DNA of 64,000 nt. Origin: Candidatus Marinacidobacterium sp. (GTDB taxonomy: Bacteria; Acidobacteriota; Vicinamibacteria; Marinacidobacterales; Marinacidobacteraceae). The stretch is from the NCBI GenBank assembly GCA_965223075.1, contig OZ244986.1:3204462-3268461 (forward strand), given 5' to 3'. The translations under genes and the position numbers were made by a program. Shown here one piece after another: positions 50,122 through 59,654 of the stretch; the stretch's first letter is position 1, and each line of letters begins with the position of its first letter. The notes below the pieces were generated by a model, which searched no databases, had not been told where the DNA came from, and saw only the letters and a list, made by a program, of their open reading frames with translations.

Positions 50122-52449
50122 TTGTCCCGCTCCGCGTATCGCTTCGTTCTCGTCGGCATTGCCCTGATCGTTCCGGGCTTGCTGTGGGGACAGTCCGCAG
50201 AACTCGCCGACCGGCAGGACGGCCAGGGCTCGGCGCCGGAGCCGGCATTCGTGGTGCGGGGTCCCGCGCCTCCCGAGCTGCCCGAGATGGTGCGCCGCGA
50301 TGATCTCGGCGGGGCCACCATGCGCGCCACCCGGCTCACCGAACCGATCGAACTCGACGGCCGACTCGACGACGGAATCTACGACCGCGTTCCGGGAGTC
50401 GGCGGCTTCATCCAGGCGCTCCCGCTGGAAGGAGAACCGGCCACCGAAGACACCGAGGTCTGGGTCTTCTTCGACGACGACGCGGTGTACATCGCCGGGA
50501 GGTCCTGGGACTCGCAGCCGGACCGGATCGTGGCCACCGAAATGCGGCGGGACCACTTCGGCATCTTCAACAACGCGAACCTCGCGGTCATCCTGGACAC
50601 CTTCTACGACCGGCGGAACGCCTTCTTCTTCTACCTGAACCCGATCGGCGGTTTCTTCGACGGGCTCATCGTGGACGAGCGGAGCGTGAACCGCGACTGG
50701 ACGGCGGTCTGGGATTCGCGGGCGGCGCGGTTCGAGAACGGTTGGACCATGGAGATGCGCATCCCGTTCAAGACCCTTCGCTACGACCGGGGAGGCCCGC
50801 AGGTCTGGGGCATCAACTTCCGACGGGTGGTTCGCTGGAAGAACGAGATGTCGTACCTGACGCAGGTGCCGGCGGCGCTCGGGCCGCGGGCGATCACCAA
50901 GATCAGCTCGGCGGGCACCCTGGTGGGACTCGAAGCGCCGGCGAGTTCCCGGACCGTCGAGGTGAAGCCGTACCTGATCGGGGACGCCGCCGGCGCCCGG
51001 ATCGAGAGCGGGTCGCTCGAGCGCGATTTCGGCGGGGACTTCGGGGTGGACGCCAAGGTAGGGATCACCAGCGGGCTCACCGCCGACCTCACCTACAACA
51101 CCGACTTCGCCCAGGTCGAGGCCGACGCGCAACAGGTCAACCTCACCAGGTTCAGCCTCTTCTTCCCGGAAAAGCGCGAGTTCTTCCTGGAGGGGCAGGG
51201 GATCTTCGACTTCGGCAGTTCGAGCCGCGGTGCGCCTCCGGGGTCCACGCGCAGCTTCGGCCCACCGAGCAGCACGCCGGTGCTCTTCTTCAGCCGCCGC
51301 GTTGGCATCGAAAACGGCAGCGCGGTCCCCATTCGGGGCGGCGCCCGGGTCACGGGGAGGCTCGGAGACTACAACGTGGGCGCGATCGCCATGCGCAGCG
51401 GGGAGAGCACGGCCGCCGGCTCCCCGGAGACGGACTTCTCGGTATTCCGGCTGAAGCGCGACATCCTGAACCGCAGCACCGTCGGGGTGATGGGGACGTA
51501 CCGCTCCCACACCGCAAACGGCCTGGGGCGGAACTTCGCCTACGGGATGGACGCCCGGTTCGGCTTCTTCGAAAACCTGGACATCCGCAGCTACGCGGCC
51601 TGGACCCAGAACGAACTCGAGGACGAGACCGGGCTGAGCTATCTCGGCCAGCTCGACTACAACGGCGACCGCTACGGGCTGCAGGCGGAACGGCTGGTGG
51701 TCGGGGACGAATTCGACCCGGGGATCGGGTTCCTGCACCGCCTGGACTTCCAGCGGAACTACGCGGAGGCCCGGTTCAGTCCCCGGCCGCATTCGATCTC
51801 CTGGCTTCGCAAGGTGGGCTGGACCGGCAGTGTGGACTACACGACGGACAACGAGGGGGAGCTCGAGACCCGCATCTTCGGTTTCCGCTACGACATGGAG
51901 TTCGAGAACGGGGATCAGTTCAACCTGAACGCGACCCGGAACCGCGAGGTGCTGGGCGAATCGTTTTCCCTGAGCGACGACCTCGGCGTGGAGCCCGGCA
52001 GCTACGACTTCGACTACGTGCGGTTCAGCTACCAGGCGGGTCCCCAGCGTCCGGTGTCGGGCGGCTTCGCCTACCAGCAGGGCGGATTCTTTTCCGGGAC
52101 TCGCCGGGAGGCTGCCTGGCGCGGCCGGGTCGAAGTCATGCCCCGCCTGACGTTCGAGCCCTTGGTTTCCCTGAACTGGATCTCACTTCCCGAGGGCGAC
52201 TACGACACCAACCTGCTCGCGTCCCGGATCAACTACACGCTCTCGCCCCGCAGCTTCCTCGCGGCGTTCCTCCAGTACAACACCGCCGCGAACAGCCTTT
52301 CGACGAACGTCCGCTTCCGCTGGGAGTACGAGCCGGGCAGCGACCTCTACATCGTCTACAACTCGCTCCGCGACACCCTGGTCCCCGACTATCCCGAACT
52401 GAACGCCCAGTCGTTCATCGTCAAGTTCACCCGGCTCTTCCGGTTCTGA
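50122..52449 (+). CDS. DUF5916 family OM protein, paralogue 7 (subfamily B)
   Basis: TTG start; MSRSAYRFVLVGIALIVPGLLWGQS; very close to paralogue 6; ends ...VKFTRLFRF. Confidence 0.8.
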   Translation: MSRSAYRFVLVGIALIVPGLLWGQSAELADRQDGQGSAPEPAFVVRGPAPPELPEMVRRDDLGGATMRATRLTEPIELDGRLDDGIYDRVPGVGGFIQALPLEGEPATEDTEVWVFFDDDAVYIAGRSWDSQPDRIVATEMRRDHFGIFNNANLAVILDTFYDRRNAFFFYLNPIGGFFDGLIVDERSVNRDWTAVWDSRAARFENGWTMEMRIPFKTLRYDRGGPQVWGINFRRVVRWKNEMSYLTQVPAALGPRAITKISSAGTLVGLEAPASSRTVEVKPYLIGDAAGARIESGSLERDFGGDFGVDAKVGITSGLTADLTYNTDFAQVEADAQQVNLTRFSLFFPEKREFFLEGQGIFDFGSSSRGAPPGSTRSFGPPSSTPVLFFSRRVGIENGSAVPIRGGARVTGRLGDYNVGAIAMRSGESTAAGSPETDFSVFRLKRDILNRSTVGVMGTYRSHTANGLGRNFAYGMDARFGFFENLDIRSYAAWTQNELEDETGLSYLGQLDYNGDRYGLQAERLVVGDEFDPGIGFLHRLDFQRNYAEARFSPRPHSISWLRKVGWTGSVDYTTDNEGELETRIFGFRYDMEFENGDQFNLNATRNREVLGESFSLSDDLGVEPGSYDFDYVRFSYQAGPQRPVSGGFAYQQGGFFSGTRREAAWRGRVEVMPRLTFEPLVSLNWISLPEGDYDTNLLASRINYTLSPRSFLAAFLQYNTAANSLSTNVRFRWEYEPGSDLYIVYNSLRDTLVPDYPELNAQSFIVKFTRLFRF

Positions 52450-52464
52450 CGCGGCCGGCGCGGA

Positions 52465-52525
52465 TCAGGCGCCCGCGAACGGATTGACCACCCGGACGCC
52501 CGACGCAGTCCTGATCCCGCGTTCT
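52465..52525 (-). pseudogene. Remnant of a vapC-like 3' end (encodes ...GVRVVNPFAGA*)
   Basis: About 55 bp that align (imperfectly) with the 3' end of the intact vapC at 56408-56470, in the same orientation. Confidence 0.4.
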
Positions 52526-52532
52526 CGGATCA

Positions 52533-55500
52533 TCACAGATCTTCGCCACAACGCTTGAGATACTCCCTCAGCTTCAGGAATTCCCGATCGTCGCCGAGAG
52601 CCGGTTCGGCGGTGCGAATGCCACGTAGGCACTCTCGAAGTTCGTCGGATGGCCAAGGGTCTTCTTCGCCGATAACGCGAACCAGGAGTTCTAGCGCTTC
52701 ACGCGGAAACTTCTTACACAGGCCAGCCTCATGGAGTGAATGCACGAGTCGATCAGCGTAACTTACCGGTTGTAGCCAGGGCCGGAGTGTTTTCAGTGCC
52801 TCCGGGAATGCGTCTCCCGCAGCGATGCAGACGCGGGCGAAGGACTCCGCGATCGACGAAGAGGCCTTATCCCGTGTTCTCGGCCAAATCTTGCGTACGT
52901 ACGGCTCAACCCTATTCGTCCAATAGGGGACGCGCTGATCGCCCGCGCCGTCGATGGCGCGGACCAATGCGTCTGCAGCTTCCTCAAGCCCGTCCTGTGG
53001 CAGTGCGCGAGTGGCTGCCGCCAACTCCGCGTTCGTAAAGACATCGCTAGGGTCAAGCGCAGCGAATGTCAGGAGTGAAGCATATTGGCCCTTGAACTGT
53101 CCGAGCGCTTCATAGTGAGACGCCGTATCCAGGAATTCCGGTTTGACCTCCTCAACCAGCGGTCGATACAACTGCGGCGACCACAGAAACCCTCCCCACA
53201 CGGAGCGTGCCTCGCACTCGGAGCGCGACCAGTCAAATAGCGGCAGAAGATGTTCAGCTGTCCATTTCCGGTCAACTCGGAACAACGCGATGACGTGAGC
53301 AGCGAGAAGCACGCGTCCGTGGCCAAAACTAGGGACCCCTGTCTTGCAGAGCAGGGAAAAGCGTTCCCGTAGCCCGTCATGCAACCCCTGTTCATCTTCC
53401 AAAGACCCGCGATACCAGTATTCAAGTAGTGCCTCGGTCACTTTGCCCACTGGATGATTGATTGCACGACCGACCACATCCTCCGCGTCGCCGCCGTCCT
53501 CGTAGTCCAGCGCCAGAACACGGTCACATAGCTCGAAAAATGTCGACTCGTGCCCCTCAAAGGTCTTAGCAGTCTTTTCTAGCCACCAACTAATGTCGTG
53601 CGCGAGGTTCTTGAGGGGCGTTTCCGGCGCACTCACCAAGACAGGCATCACAAGGCGCCAAGACGGCCGTATTAGTGTGTCCTCCGACCACACATGCAAC
53701 GCTTTACCCCATCGGCTGGTGGGCCATATGTTCTCCTTCGCCAGTGCAGATAATGCGGACGCGGCAACGGAAAGATCTTCTCGGCAACGAACAGCCCAGT
53801 CGTCCTCGTGCCAAGGATCAGTCCCTTGATTCTCCCTGAGCCAGTTCGTGAGTTCGGGAAGATCGCGTGGTGTCGTGACGGACTCTCGCCAGTCACCAGA
53901 ATCGCTCATCCAAGTGGAGAACTCGTCGCGTTCATTCTCGGCAGGTTTCCAGTCGGGGTGGTGGGCCGAAAGCTCCGTCAGTCTCTGCCGCGTGGTCTTG
54001 CTCAACTTCGCGCCGGACGAGACGACTTTGCTCAGGCGCAGCCAAATGTCTCTCTCCTGGATCCGAGTCCATCGTTCGGGCTCTATTTCGGGCCTGAACA
54101 TTTCACGGGGCGGTCCGGCCTCAATGGCCTGCTCGAGTTGAGCCAACTGTGTATCATCGAGCCGTGGCGCTAGGGAAACTAGTAGCCGTATGCTCTCGCG
54201 CGAGGTTTCCGAGGACCAAAGCCACCAACAGCCATCAGCAAGCAACCACTCAAGCCCGCGGTTAGGGGGAATGATCCCGCTCTGAGTGGCGGCGAACAAC
54301 GCCAAACGACGGAACAGGGGATAGGGAGTTTGCCACCAAATCTCCGCAACGATCCTTGCCCTGTCGGGCGAACTCATGCATGTGGCAAGCCACGCGTCGC
54401 GCGTCCATTCGATCAGCGCGGTCCAGTCATGAAAGCCTCTGTTTTGCGGGTGATCGCTGATGGATGGTTGATGTACGTAGGAAAGATCACTCTTATCGGT
54501 GGCGCCACCGAGCTCGCGCATTAGGTCGAGAGCGTCGTGTAGGAGTCCGTTGAAATCCTGCAACAGCTCTGGAAGCACTGCCGTCCAGCGATCGTCGGTT
54601 GTTAGCTTGCCCAGGCGTGCACGGACCATGTCCGTCGACAGCACAACCTTCCATTCGACCAAGTCTCGGATGCGGTCTGATTCTTCGCTCTCGCGCTCTT
54701 CGGAAGGCAACCGGAATGGCTCGCTCAATGACACGCGAGGAGTAAGCAGTTCGCGCAGTTCCAGACGTAGGCTGGCGGTTATACCATCGCGCTCAAATCG
54801 GTTCGTCCAGGCGTGCAGACGGCGGTCGGGATCCTCACCTCTCACACGGTCTGTCAGCAACAAACGCCAGAGCGTCCGCATTGACGCACGAGGAATTGCG
54901 TTTCGCGCGTTCGCTCGAATGCGGTCCAGTTCTGCACTGTTGCCATTGCGCTCCAGCGTTGTGATTTGGCGGATACGGTTCTCGATCATCCATGCCAGCT
55001 TTTCGTGCACTCGTCCACCGAGCTTGGTGAGCCGCAACAACAATGCGGGGTCGTCGAGATGACGAGTCAACCATCGCCCCAGCTGCCACATTACTTCGTC
55101 CCAGCGCGCGGCCCGCAGATCGGTGTCCGCAAGTGTCATCCACGGAGCGAGTGTGTACGGTGGCGGTCTGTACGTCAGACTGAATGCGAGGTCGGAATCT
55201 GGCGCTGCGTTGGGCGTCACGCTAAAACGGTCCAGGTCGCTATGCCCGAACCGCGCTTCGCTCAACGGCTCATACCAATCGAGAGGAGGTACCGGGTCGA
55301 GTTCTGCAAAGCGCTTCGCTGGCAATCCACTGGGATCTGACAATGCCCACAACATGCGAGTGGCGAAATCGTCCTGTTTCGTGCTCGTTGGCGGGTGCCC
55401 AATGGCACAGTCAACGACGATTCTCTCTTTTCCACGTGCCCCGTCGCGGTAGGTGTCGGCCCACACGCGAAACGTCTCATGCAAGTACGTGTGCTGTGGG

Positions 55501-56318
55501 TCTTCCGCATAGAGGATAGGTGTGACGTTCTTGGCCTTCCACTCTCCTTCTCGTTCGGCCTCCTTGCCCTTGGAGAATGCTCCGAAAACGAACATCTCTG
55601 GCGCCGACTCTCCGAACCGACGGTCTGCAGCGAGAGCATCGGCCATATAGCGCAGAACTGGGTCGGTGAGGCTATAGCCGACGAAGCACACGGTATAGGT
55701 GCGAAACAGCTCGCTAACAAATCGCGCTGCCCAGCGCTCCGTAAGATAGGCGAGGCCAAAGTCGCCGCTAGTCAGGACAAGTCGTTCGAGATCGTTTAGC
55801 GAGGGTTTTTCGGTCAGCAAGCCGTGGAGATAGACCAAGCCGTTCCAGCGACGCTTGGGAATCGGGAGGAGGGGGGCTCGGAAACAGTCCACTGAGGATC
55901 CCGTGCTAGCAATGACTTCATGAAAGAGTCGGTCGAAATTGGTGGTAATAAGTCGAGTGCGGCCATCGCGGGTCTCGCCTAATGTCAACAGGGCGTGATG
56001 GGTAGCCGTTGCACTTGGTGCCGTCAGGTCAGGAGTCAGGATGTTGACCAGTACGTCACCCACAGCCTGACGGCCACCGAGCAGTTTCTCCTCAAGCAGC
56101 CCGATTGCTGTGTCGTACCGGCCCTCCCCTATGGCGGCCGCCTGCTCAGGAGTTGGATCAGTATGCAGATCCTCGTAGAGTCTCTCTACAAGGCCTTTGA
56201 ATCCTGGCAAGCGCGCCGGGTAAGAAATACCCGCGCCGCAGAAGAACACAACGCGCCCGTCTTCGTGCGCCTGCAAGAGCCGTTCAGGGACGTCTGGACC
56301 GCCCGTGGTGAACTGCAT
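52533..56318 (-). CDS. Large SIR2-like (PF13289-type, DHS-like NAD-binding) domain protein, 1261 aa; defence-associated-sirtuin (DSR)-like candidate
   Basis: N-terminal VVFFCGAGISYPARLPGFKGL matches the SIR2_2 signature; long alpha-helical C-terminal region without NTPase motifs; GC ~56% versus ~70% genome; ATG at 56316-56318. Confidence 0.8.
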   Translation of the reverse strand: MQFTTGGPDVPERLLQAHEDGRVVFFCGAGISYPARLPGFKGLVERLYEDLHTDPTPEQAAAIGEGRYDTAIGLLEEKLLGGRQAVGDVLVNILTPDLTAPSATATHHALLTLGETRDGRTRLITTNFDRLFHEVIASTGSSVDCFRAPLLPIPKRRWNGLVYLHGLLTEKPSLNDLERLVLTSGDFGLAYLTERWAARFVSELFRTYTVCFVGYSLTDPVLRYMADALAADRRFGESAPEMFVFGAFSKGKEAEREGEWKAKNVTPILYAEDPQHTYLHETFRVWADTYRDGARGKERIVVDCAIGHPPTSTKQDDFATRMLWALSDPSGLPAKRFAELDPVPPLDWYEPLSEARFGHSDLDRFSVTPNAAPDSDLAFSLTYRPPPYTLAPWMTLADTDLRAARWDEVMWQLGRWLTRHLDDPALLLRLTKLGGRVHEKLAWMIENRIRQITTLERNGNSAELDRIRANARNAIPRASMRTLWRLLLTDRVRGEDPDRRLHAWTNRFERDGITASLRLELRELLTPRVSLSEPFRLPSEERESEESDRIRDLVEWKVVLSTDMVRARLGKLTTDDRWTAVLPELLQDFNGLLHDALDLMRELGGATDKSDLSYVHQPSISDHPQNRGFHDWTALIEWTRDAWLATCMSSPDRARIVAEIWWQTPYPLFRRLALFAATQSGIIPPNRGLEWLLADGCWWLWSSETSRESIRLLVSLAPRLDDTQLAQLEQAIEAGPPREMFRPEIEPERWTRIQERDIWLRLSKVVSSGAKLSKTTRQRLTELSAHHPDWKPAENERDEFSTWMSDSGDWRESVTTPRDLPELTNWLRENQGTDPWHEDDWAVRCREDLSVAASALSALAKENIWPTSRWGKALHVWSEDTLIRPSWRLVMPVLVSAPETPLKNLAHDISWWLEKTAKTFEGHESTFFELCDRVLALDYEDGGDAEDVVGRAINHPVGKVTEALLEYWYRGSLEDEQGLHDGLRERFSLLCKTGVPSFGHGRVLLAAHVIALFRVDRKWTAEHLLPLFDWSRSECEARSVWGGFLWSPQLYRPLVEEVKPEFLDTASHYEALGQFKGQYASLLTFAALDPSDVFTNAELAAATRALPQDGLEEAADALVRAIDGAGDQRVPYWTNRVEPYVRKIWPRTRDKASSSIAESFARVCIAAGDAFPEALKTLRPWLQPVSYADRLVHSLHEAGLCKKFPREALELLVRVIGEEDPWPSDELRECLRGIRTAEPALGDDREFLKLREYLKRCGEDL

Positions 56319-56406
56319 GTGACCTTACGCCCGGTGCACGGTGATCACCGGTTCTTTGACATCCGAATCGGGCTCAACCTGGTTTAAGGAGGCCCGCCTG
56401 GTTGCC

Positions 56407-56826
56407 TCAGACGGTGGCGCCCGCGAACGGGTTGACCACCCGGACGCCGTCGTAGTCCTGGTCGGGGTTCAGGTCCTCGGTGTAAACCGTCCGGCACCCG
56501 GCAGCGCGCGCCGCTGCGAGGATGGCGGCATCCCAGTAGGCAACGCGAAACCGTTCCGTGAGATCGAGGGCGTCATGGATCACTCCCAGGGTGAGCGGCT
56601 GCACCGGGAAACGTTCGAGGCTTCGGACGAAGGCCACGGCTTCCTGGTGGCTGAGGCTCCACGGCCTCGTCGGGCGCGTTGCCTGCCAGTAGAACTCCTG
56701 AAACACCTGGACCGACAAGGCGAGATCGGTTGCATCGAGAAGCTCCAGCGCGCGCCTTTTCTTTCCCGTTTCTTCAGCGACGGGGCTGATCGCGTAGAGC
56801 AGAACGTTCGTGTCAACGAAGCGCAT
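56407..56826 (-). CDS. vapC: VapC PIN-domain toxin
   Basis: MRFVDTNVLLYA...; PIN acidic residues (D5, E41-like, D-T region); overlaps vapB by 14 nt. Confidence 0.85.
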   Translation of the reverse strand: MRFVDTNVLLYAISPVAEETGKKRRALELLDATDLALSVQVFQEFYWQATRPTRPWSLSHQEAVAFVRSLERFPVQPLTLGVIHDALDLTERFRVAYWDAAILAAARAAGCRTVYTEDLNPDQDYDGVRVVNPFAGATV

Positions 56827-57115
56827 CGCGCCTCAGGTGTTCTTCGTGTTCCCGACGAAGGGCATCCCGGTCGTAGAGGGCTTCCCGAGGGAGCCTGTCG
56901 GCGGGCTTCAGCCCGCCACCGCGCGCGCGGATGGCCTCCAGCACTTCGTCCTGAAGCCGCCGCAAACGCTGGAAGCGCTCCTCGGAAGTCCGTGATTGGG
57001 CAATGATCTTCAAACACTCCCGCGTCAGAGCGGAGACCGAGGTTCCCGCCTCTGCCGCCAGGATGCGCGCCGCGCGGTGCGTCTCTTCGTCCACGGATAC
57101 GGTGATGTTCCTCAT
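56813..57115 (-). CDS. vapB: VapB-type (ribbon-helix-helix) antitoxin
   Basis: MRNITVSVDEETHRAARILAAEAGTSVSAL is an RHH fold signature; start taken at ATG 57113-57115. Confidence 0.7.
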   Translation of the reverse strand: MRNITVSVDEETHRAARILAAEAGTSVSALTRECLKIIAQSRTSEERFQRLRRLQDEVLEAIRARGGGLKPADRLPREALYDRDALRREHEEHLRRDALR

Positions 57116-57120
57116 GGACA

Positions 57121-57152
57121 CAGTCTAACAGTCTCACAGTTTCACAGTCTCC
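57121..57152. promoter_or_regulatory. 4 tandem 8-bp repeats CAGTCTNA upstream of vapB; putative antitoxin operator
   Basis: cagtctaa cagtctca cagtttca cagtctcc immediately 5' of the vapB start on the minus strand. Confidence 0.35.
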
Positions 57153-57194
57153 ATCAGGACACTGTGCGGGAGGGCACGCGGCCGCGGCGGTGGT

Positions 57195-57758
57195 TTACCA
57201 GACGGTGACGTCCACCCTGGAGTTGCCGTCCCGGACTTCGATTTCGGTACCGCGCAGCACCGGGATAAGCGAGCGCGCCATCCGGCCGGGGCTGCAACGG
57301 AACGAGGTCTCCCGTTCCTCGCAGGCGTCCTGAACCGCCTCGGAAAGCGCGCGGAGCGGCGTCCTGACGAAGACGCGGGCGCCCTCGGTCCCTGCTTCCC
57401 GCACCCGGATCACGAGGTCTCCGCCCTCCTTGGCGATGATCACCTCGTTGTCCGGCTCGGTGACTCTCACGAGTACGGCGTCTTCGGCTTCCTCCAGGGC
57501 TCCAAGGAACCCACCGAGACCCACGAGCGCCGGACCGCCGAACTCGTCCATTTCTTCGTGCATCGCATCGTCCATCAGGTGGTCGGGAACGAAATGGAGC
57601 GCGGCGAGAGGGAGCATCAGTGGTATCGGGGCCACGAAGTTCGGTCCTTCCTCGGCGACCACCGAGACCACGGCGACGCCGCAGGCCGAGACGCAGGCCC
57701 CGAAGAGGAGCGCGGAGATGAGCGCCGCCGCCAGCAGGATTCCAAGCAGTCGGAACAT
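57195..57758 (-). CDS. Hypothetical secreted/membrane-anchored protein
   Basis: N-terminal hydrophobic MFRLLGILLAAALISALLFGACVSAC; no recognisable domain. Confidence 0.4.
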   Translation of the reverse strand: MFRLLGILLAAALISALLFGACVSACGVAVVSVVAEEGPNFVAPIPLMLPLAALHFVPDHLMDDAMHEEMDEFGGPALVGLGGFLGALEEAEDAVLVRVTEPDNEVIIAKEGGDLVIRVREAGTEGARVFVRTPLRALSEAVQDACEERETSFRCSPGRMARSLIPVLRGTEIEVRDGNSRVDVTVW

Positions 57759-57764
57759 GGCCGA

Positions 57765-58337
57765 TTACCGGGGTTCGATCCAGACGCGGACGCGGCCGTC
57801 GTTCCCGTCCAGCGAGATCAGAACGTCTTCGTGATTCGCGAGGCTCCGGATCGCCGCCCCGAGATCGGGGTCTTCGCCGGCCTCACCGAAGAGCGCATCT
57901 CCGAAAGCCACCGGGAAACGGATGTTCAGGGAGCCGTCGTCGCCGCCTCCCTCGATCCGGATCTCGTCGCCGTCCATCCGCGCACGGAGGTTGCCTCCGT
58001 CCTCTTCGTCAATCTGGACCCACGCGCCCGGGTTCTCCCGGAGCGCACGCCACAAGGCGCGCAGGTCTTCAGAGTCCATGTCGACGTCGGAGTCGTGTTC
58101 CCACTCTTCGGCCATCTCGTTGAAGATGTGTTCCCCGAGCGATCCGCCGAGAGCCTCCACGGCCGCGAGCGGCAGGTTCATCTCGACCTTGGTGTTGTCG
58201 TCGTCGCCCTGGACCTCGAGGTGGAGCCAGGGTTTTTGCTGCGTGAATGCCGGCGTCGCGGCAAACGCGAAGATCAGCGCCAGCGGGATCACCGCGGTAA
58301 CACGGGACAGGAAGGGAATGTGTGAAAGCCTCATCAT
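57765..58337 (-). CDS. Hypothetical secreted acidic protein
   Basis: Signal-like MMRLSHIPFLSRVTAVIPLALIFAFAATPAFTQQ; start trimmed to ATG 58335-58337 because the 5' extension is REP-derived. Confidence 0.4.
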   Translation of the reverse strand: MMRLSHIPFLSRVTAVIPLALIFAFAATPAFTQQKPWLHLEVQGDDDNTKVEMNLPLAAVEALGGSLGEHIFNEMAEEWEHDSDVDMDSEDLRALWRALRENPGAWVQIDEEDGGNLRARMDGDEIRIEGGGDDGSLNIRFPVAFGDALFGEAGEDPDLGAAIRSLANHEDVLISLDGNDGRVRVWIEPR

Positions 58338-58382
58338 GTCCACCCAAACGAAAGGGGCGTCCCCACGGTTCCCGCTCAGGAG

Positions 58383-58500
58383 CTCCGGTCGGCACCCGCG
58401 GCCTGCAGGGCCGCGGAACCGCGCCTCGCTGACCGAGCAGAAGCGCGGGGACGGCTTGGAACGCCGACCTCCGGTCGGCACAGCCCGCCGCAGGCGGGCG
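58383..58500. repeat. REP-like units
   Basis: ...AAGCGCGGGGACGGCTTGGAACGCCGACCTCCGGTCGGCAC... Confidence 0.8.
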
Positions 58501-58681
58501 GACGGTGTAACGCTCGTCATTGGAATGGCTCCGCCGGGAAGGGAACGCCGCCAGTGCTCCCGGTGGGGCCTGGCAGCGCGGCGCGACAGCGCACCGACCC
58601 CCCCCTCGCCACTCCCTGCATGACCCGGAAGGGGGAAGCAACCCGGCCACCCACCACGTCAGGAATGGAATACTCGACCGC

Positions 58682-59515
58682 GTGAACCCCCGGCCCCGGC
58701 GCCCCCGCCGCTCGCTCCTCTACGTCCCCGCATCCAGCGAGCGGATGGTCGCCAAAGCCGCCACCCGCGGCGCCGACGTCCTGATTCTGGACCTCGAAGA
58801 CGGCGTTCACCCCTCCCAAAAGGACGCGGCCCGCGAGCGGCTCCGGAAATCCCGGGCCGCGGCGGCCGCCGCCCGGGCGCTGGTCGCTCTACGGATCAAC
58901 CCCCCAGCCGGCGCCATCGGACGCGCTGATCTCGAAGCCGCCGCGGACGCCGGCTTCGACGCCGTGCTCCTCCCCAAAGCGGAGACGGCGGAAGCCGCCT
59001 CCGAAGCGCGCCGAGCCCTCGGAGAAGCAACGCCGCTCTGGTTGATGATCGAGACCGCGCGCGGCGCGGCGAACGGCTTCGAACTCGCCCGTCAGCCGGG
59101 CGTGGAGGGATTGGTCTTCGGATCCGCCGACTACCGGCTCAGCATGGGCGCCCGGATGCGGCAGGACGAGTCCGAACTCGATTTCGCACGCCAGCGGATC
59201 CTGCTTGCCGCCCGCGCCGCCGGAATCCACTGTTGGGATGCGCCGTGGTTCGCCTTCCGGGACCTCGACGGTTTGTACCGGAGCTCCCGGCGCGCTGCCC
59301 AATCGGGTTTCGACGGCAAATCCGCCGTCCACCCGCTCCAGATCCCCGTCATCCACCAAGCCTTCGAGCCCACCCCGGCGGAGCGCGCTTGGGCGGAAAA
59401 GGTGGTTCACGCGATGGAGGACGCCGAAACCCGCGGCGTCGCGGTCGTCGAACTCGATGGCGAACTCCTCGAGGAACTCCACCTCCGCCAGGCGAGGCGG
59501 TTGCTCGCCAGGTAG
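58682..59515 (+). CDS. HpcH/HpaI aldolase/citrate lyase beta-subunit (CitE)-like protein
   Basis: RRSLLYVPASSERMVAKAATRGADVLILDLEDGV is the CitE N-terminal signature; start uncertain (GTG 58682 proposed; the track ORF starts at 58520 within REP-derived sequence). Confidence 0.7.
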   Translation: MNPRPRRPRRSLLYVPASSERMVAKAATRGADVLILDLEDGVHPSQKDAARERLRKSRAAAAAARALVALRINPPAGAIGRADLEAAADAGFDAVLLPKAETAEAASEARRALGEATPLWLMIETARGAANGFELARQPGVEGLVFGSADYRLSMGARMRQDESELDFARQRILLAARAAGIHCWDAPWFAFRDLDGLYRSSRRAAQSGFDGKSAVHPLQIPVIHQAFEPTPAERAWAEKVVHAMEDAETRGVAVVELDGELLEELHLRQARRLLAR

Positions 59516-59654
59516 CGCAGGCTGCCTGGGCCAAGTGACGTGAGCGCCGAGGCACCCACCGGGAGGAACCCTCGCGATCGGGTCCTCTTGCGCAGCTTCA
59601 CCCGTCGCGAAAGGAATGGCGCTGCACGCACGTTGGCGTAGCGCAGCGTCATCG

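Noticed and set aside
34138-51792. Long antisense ORFs across the DUF5916 paralogues (34138..36210-, 38768..40984-, 42842..44770-, 45180..47822-, 49843..51792-, 30853..33216-)
   Set aside because: Each is the reverse complement of a paralogue with signal peptide and conserved C-terminal FRF. Their translations are Arg/Gly/Pro/Val-rich and not conserved between paralogues at the protein level beyond what the sense strand imposes.
58520-58681. N-terminal 54 codons of the CitE-like ORF as listed
   Set aside because: Lies in REP-derived sequence (58383-58500) and lacks CitE homology. Start moved to GTG 58682 preceding the conserved RRSLLYVP motif.
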